A stretch of 62,311 bases of DNA, the filler included. It is 5 parts of 5 records of this genome, joined end to end, with 100 filler letters (N's around TTAATTAATTAA, not from the genome) between each part and the next. Parts side by side here need not be neighbours in the genome. Positions count along the whole stretch, not along the records: positions 56,798 to 62,311 come from DRR723986_5779; 4 more parts are not named here. One strand, given 5' to 3'. Of the stretch, positions 59,829 to 62,311 are shown one piece after another. The position numbers and the translations under genes are program-made. Numbering within the stretch: position 1 is the stretch's first letter; each line of letters opens with the position of its first letter. Below the pieces are notes generated by a model that saw only the letters and a program-made list of their open reading frames with translations, ran no database searches and was not told the DNA's origin.

Positions 59829-61085
59829 ATGATCAGACAAACCGTCCTGCTAATCGCCATCCTGCTTGCGCTGCCCTTTGCCGCGCGCGCCCAGGAGGAT
59901 GCGCTCATTTCCGGGTATCGGGCGGACCTGACCGAATTGCGGGAAACGGCCGCCCCGACGCCGGCGATTGGCATTGTCCGCGGTCAGCTTAGCCGCGCCT
60001 TCATCGAAAATGATATCGTCTTTTCCCGCCGCTATCTGGACAACTGGAGCCAGCTTCTACAGGACCGGTGGGCTCAGCATGACACGTTCTTCGCCACGCA
60101 GCTTCTGACCCTGTCCGACTGGGATCAGGCCCTCGCCCTTGGCACAGTCACCCATGAAGAAGCCGAGGCCGCGCTGGCCCCTGCCATGACACAGGTCGGC
60201 CAGATCGCAGCCCATATCCCTGATTGGCTGGAAGATGATGTGGCCCGCATGGCCGAACGCGCCTTCTGGACGGATCTCGCGCAGGAAATCGGCTGCTGCG
60301 ACCCGCTGTATTACCATGCCTTGTCCGAGGCCGATGCGGTCTGGGGCGTCGCGCTCAGCCCTGATCCGGCGGCGATCGCGGCCTTGCAGATCCTTCCCGC
60401 CGTGCCAGACCCGAACCGCCCGGATGTGACCACCGGAGACCTGGCATTCGCCTGGCTGGCTGCGCGGGCCGAAGGTCTGATGGCGGATGGGGCCGCCAGC
60501 CCCGCCCGACGCCGCGCGCTGCTGGTCGAGGCGCATCTGCTGGAAGAGCTGTTCGGCCTGCCCGGTGACGCCCCGCTGGAACGCAGTCTGACAACGCTGG
60601 CCACCCGCGAAGGCTTTGCCGCGCAGCCGGTCGCCCCGTTGATCCGAATGGCCGCGCTGACCGAGCCGGGGCCGTTACGCGACCTGTTGCTTGGCCATGC
60701 CGCCGCCCGTCTGGATAGCCGCGCAGAGCATCTGCGCCCGGCCCTGCGCGCCGCCGCCGAGGCCGAGGGTGTGCCGCTCAACCGCTCTGTCACCGCAGAT
60801 GCCGCTCCAAGCCGCCAGATGGCGGGGGCCAGCACCGGCTTCAGCAGCCTGGGCGTGGCACCCGCACCGAACCCGGTCCCCGCCGCGCCCGTCAATCGGC
60901 ACGCGGATGTGGAAGCCGCTCAATTGGTCGATCAGGCCCTTGCCACGCTGTTGCAGCAGGGATCGGGGACAGGCGATATCAGCTTCTTCATCACCATCGC
61001 CGACATGGCTGAACGGGCGGATGACCTGATTGGAACCGGAACCGTGCTCGACCTGGTGGACACGCTCTCCGCAGAAACAGAGTAG
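59829..61085 (+). CDS. Secreted hypothetical protein (Ala-rich, helical)
   Basis: Signal peptide ending ARA-Q, 418-aa ORF, no motif I recognise. Confidence 0.72.
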   Translation: MIRQTVLLIAILLALPFAARAQEDALISGYRADLTELRETAAPTPAIGIVRGQLSRAFIENDIVFSRRYLDNWSQLLQDRWAQHDTFFATQLLTLSDWDQALALGTVTHEEAEAALAPAMTQVGQIAAHIPDWLEDDVARMAERAFWTDLAQEIGCCDPLYYHALSEADAVWGVALSPDPAAIAALQILPAVPDPNRPDVTTGDLAFAWLAARAEGLMADGAASPARRRALLVEAHLLEELFGLPGDAPLERSLTTLATREGFAAQPVAPLIRMAALTEPGPLRDLLLGHAAARLDSRAEHLRPALRAAAEAEGVPLNRSVTADAAPSRQMAGASTGFSSLGVAPAPNPVPAAPVNRHADVEAAQLVDQALATLLQQGSGTGDISFFITIADMAERADDLIGTGTVLDLVDTLSAETE

Positions 61086-61093
61086 CCCGCGAC

Positions 61094-61483
61094 CTATTCT
61101 GGCACGCTCCCGGTCAGCCACGAGCGTGCCGCGATCTCGGCATCGGGGGCGAAGGATCGGATTTCCAGGTTCGGAACCAGCAGGCTTTCAACTGCGGCAA
61201 GGTTCCTGACCCAGCCCTGATCGGTCAGCACCGCCACCTTGTCGACCTTGCGGATCATCGCCATCAACTGCCCCCAGTGGCGCAGTTCCACGCCAATGGC
61301 ACCAAGCGTCGGCCATTCGACCCCTTGCGCCCGCATCAGTACCCCACCGTGGTTCATGTCGCGCACTTCCGGCACCAGCAGGTCCAGCGCGATCTCCATC
61401 GCCACAGCGGTCATTGCGCCAGACGCCTCGACAACCAGCAGGTTCGGGGCCTCAAGCACGGCGGTGAATGTGGGTTGGGTCAT
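61094..61483 (-). CDS. STAS/SEC14 (SpoIIAA-like) protein
   Basis: KVAVLTDQGW, EIRSF, ARSWL. AGGAG RBS. Confidence 0.85.
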   Translation of the reverse strand: MTQPTFTAVLEAPNLLVVEASGAMTAVAMEIALDLLVPEVRDMNHGGVLMRAQGVEWPTLGAIGVELRHWGQLMAMIRKVDKVAVLTDQGWVRNLAAVESLLVPNLEIRSFAPDAEIAARSWLTGSVPE

Positions 61484-61570
61484 GGGGCAGCTCCTTTTCG
61501 GCTGCCTTCAGCCTGCGCCATATTGCAGGCGCGGGCCTTGATCGGGGTCAATCCCCCGAAGGTGCGCGCC

Positions 61571-61900
61571 TTACATCGAGAAGGACGTTCCGCAGCCGCA
61601 GGAGGATGTGGCGTTCGGGTTCTCGATGGTGAACCGTGCGCCGATCAGCTCCTCGGAGAAGTCGATGACCGCATCGGTCAGAAACGGCAGCGACACCGTG
61701 TCGATCACCACTTTCTGTCCGTTGCCTTCCAGAACCATATCGTCCCCGGCCGGATCGTCGAGCGTGATTTCGTACTGAAACCCGGAACATCCGCCGCCCT
61801 CGACGGCCACGCGCAATGCCTTGGCCTCACCCGATGCCTCGTTGATTTCGGCAAGCCGGGCAAAGGCGCGGTCGGTCACTTTCGGGGGCAGGGTCAGCAT
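61571..61900 (-). CDS. erpA: Iron-sulfur cluster insertion protein (HesB/IscA family)
   Basis: GGGCSGFQY, NPNATSSCGCGTSF. Confidence 0.93.
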   Translation of the reverse strand: MLTLPPKVTDRAFARLAEINEASGEAKALRVAVEGGGCSGFQYEITLDDPAGDDMVLEGNGQKVVIDTVSLPFLTDAVIDFSEELIGARFTIENPNATSSCGCGTSFSM

Positions 61901-62105
61901 AGCCGGGTCACCATCTGTGTTTCTCGGGCGGTCTTCCGCATTCCTGACAAAAATAGGCGCTGTTTTCCGGCTTCACAAGGGACCACGCAGCGCACGGGGC
62001 AGTTGCGCCTGTATATGGCGCTCGAATCTGCTGTCTGGCCCTGCTATAGCCTTGAAAATAGGCGGGCAATGATCCGTCGGGGACATTCAATCAGGAGGCG
62101 GGGCA

Positions 62106-62311
62106 ATGGCAGCACCCTATGCCTGTAGACCGGACCTGAGCCGGGGCCGGCTCTACCCGGAAGAAGAGAGCGCCTTTCGCTCTCCCTTTCAGCGGGATCG
62201 TGACCGGATCATCCATGCGGGGGCGTTCCGGCGGCTCAAGCACAAGACGCAGGTCTTCGTGGAACATGAGGGCGATTACTTCCGCACCCGCCTGACCCAT
62301 TCCATCGAGGT
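62106..62311 (+). CDS. dgt: Deoxyguanosinetriphosphate triphosphohydrolase (3'-partial)
   Basis: Hand translation gives MAAPYA...[24 protein letters not shown]...RTRLTHSIE. Confidence 0.95.
   Translation, partial: MAAPYACRPDLSRGRLYPEEESAFRSPFQRDRDRIIHAGAFRRLKHKTQVFVEHEGDYFRTRLTHSIE

Noticed and set aside
1-62311. CRISPR arrays, IS elements, prophage or recognisable anti-phage defence genes
   Set aside because: No spaced direct repeats and no transposase, integrase or phage-like ORFs were seen by eye. Short degenerate elements could have been missed.

Overview
The window is not one locus. It is five alphaproteobacterial contigs joined by artificial 100-nt N-linkers that carry TTAATTAATTAA. 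Adjacency across a linker is meaningless, and the contigs may come from different genomes. (1) 1-9777: sugar ABC permeases, a PhoD-like phosphatase, a LysE/DMT/LysR module and an erythritol-type eryR-eryH-eryI-fbp-fba operon. (2) 9878-25816, Roseobacter-like: aldehyde dehydrogenase, a 'glyoxalase superfamily' protein with a strong promoter and a highly structured ~150-nt 5' leader, an orphan GT11 fucosyltransferase, rluA, rarD, DUF3604 and a glycine-betaine/dimethylglycine/sarcosine demethylation cluster. (3) 25917-33956, from a tRNA-Gly 3' fragment to a tRNA-Tyr 5' fragment: a REC protein with a degenerate GGDEF-like domain, hisB-H-A-F-E, a candidate sRNA near a CtrA-like box, and rlmB. (4) 34057-56697: ETF-QO, qor, the lysA-TIGR02302-ftsEX-plsC region, a sulfoquinovose monooxygenase (sulfo-SMO) cluster with a probable NAD+-dependent sulfoquinovosidase and an extra coupled serine hydrolase, then a GntR-controlled triple Gfo/Idh/MocA plus ABC operon (probably uronate). 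(5) 56798-62311: ugpC-ugpQ, xth, a secreted micropeptide plus secreted protein pair, erpA and dgt. I found no CRISPR array, transposase or integrase. The best novelty candidates are the structured leader RNA with its small protein (10944-11563), the sRNA (32523-32690), the smo-coupled hydrolase and the micropeptide cassette. All family assignments come from motif recognition and memory, not from database searches.
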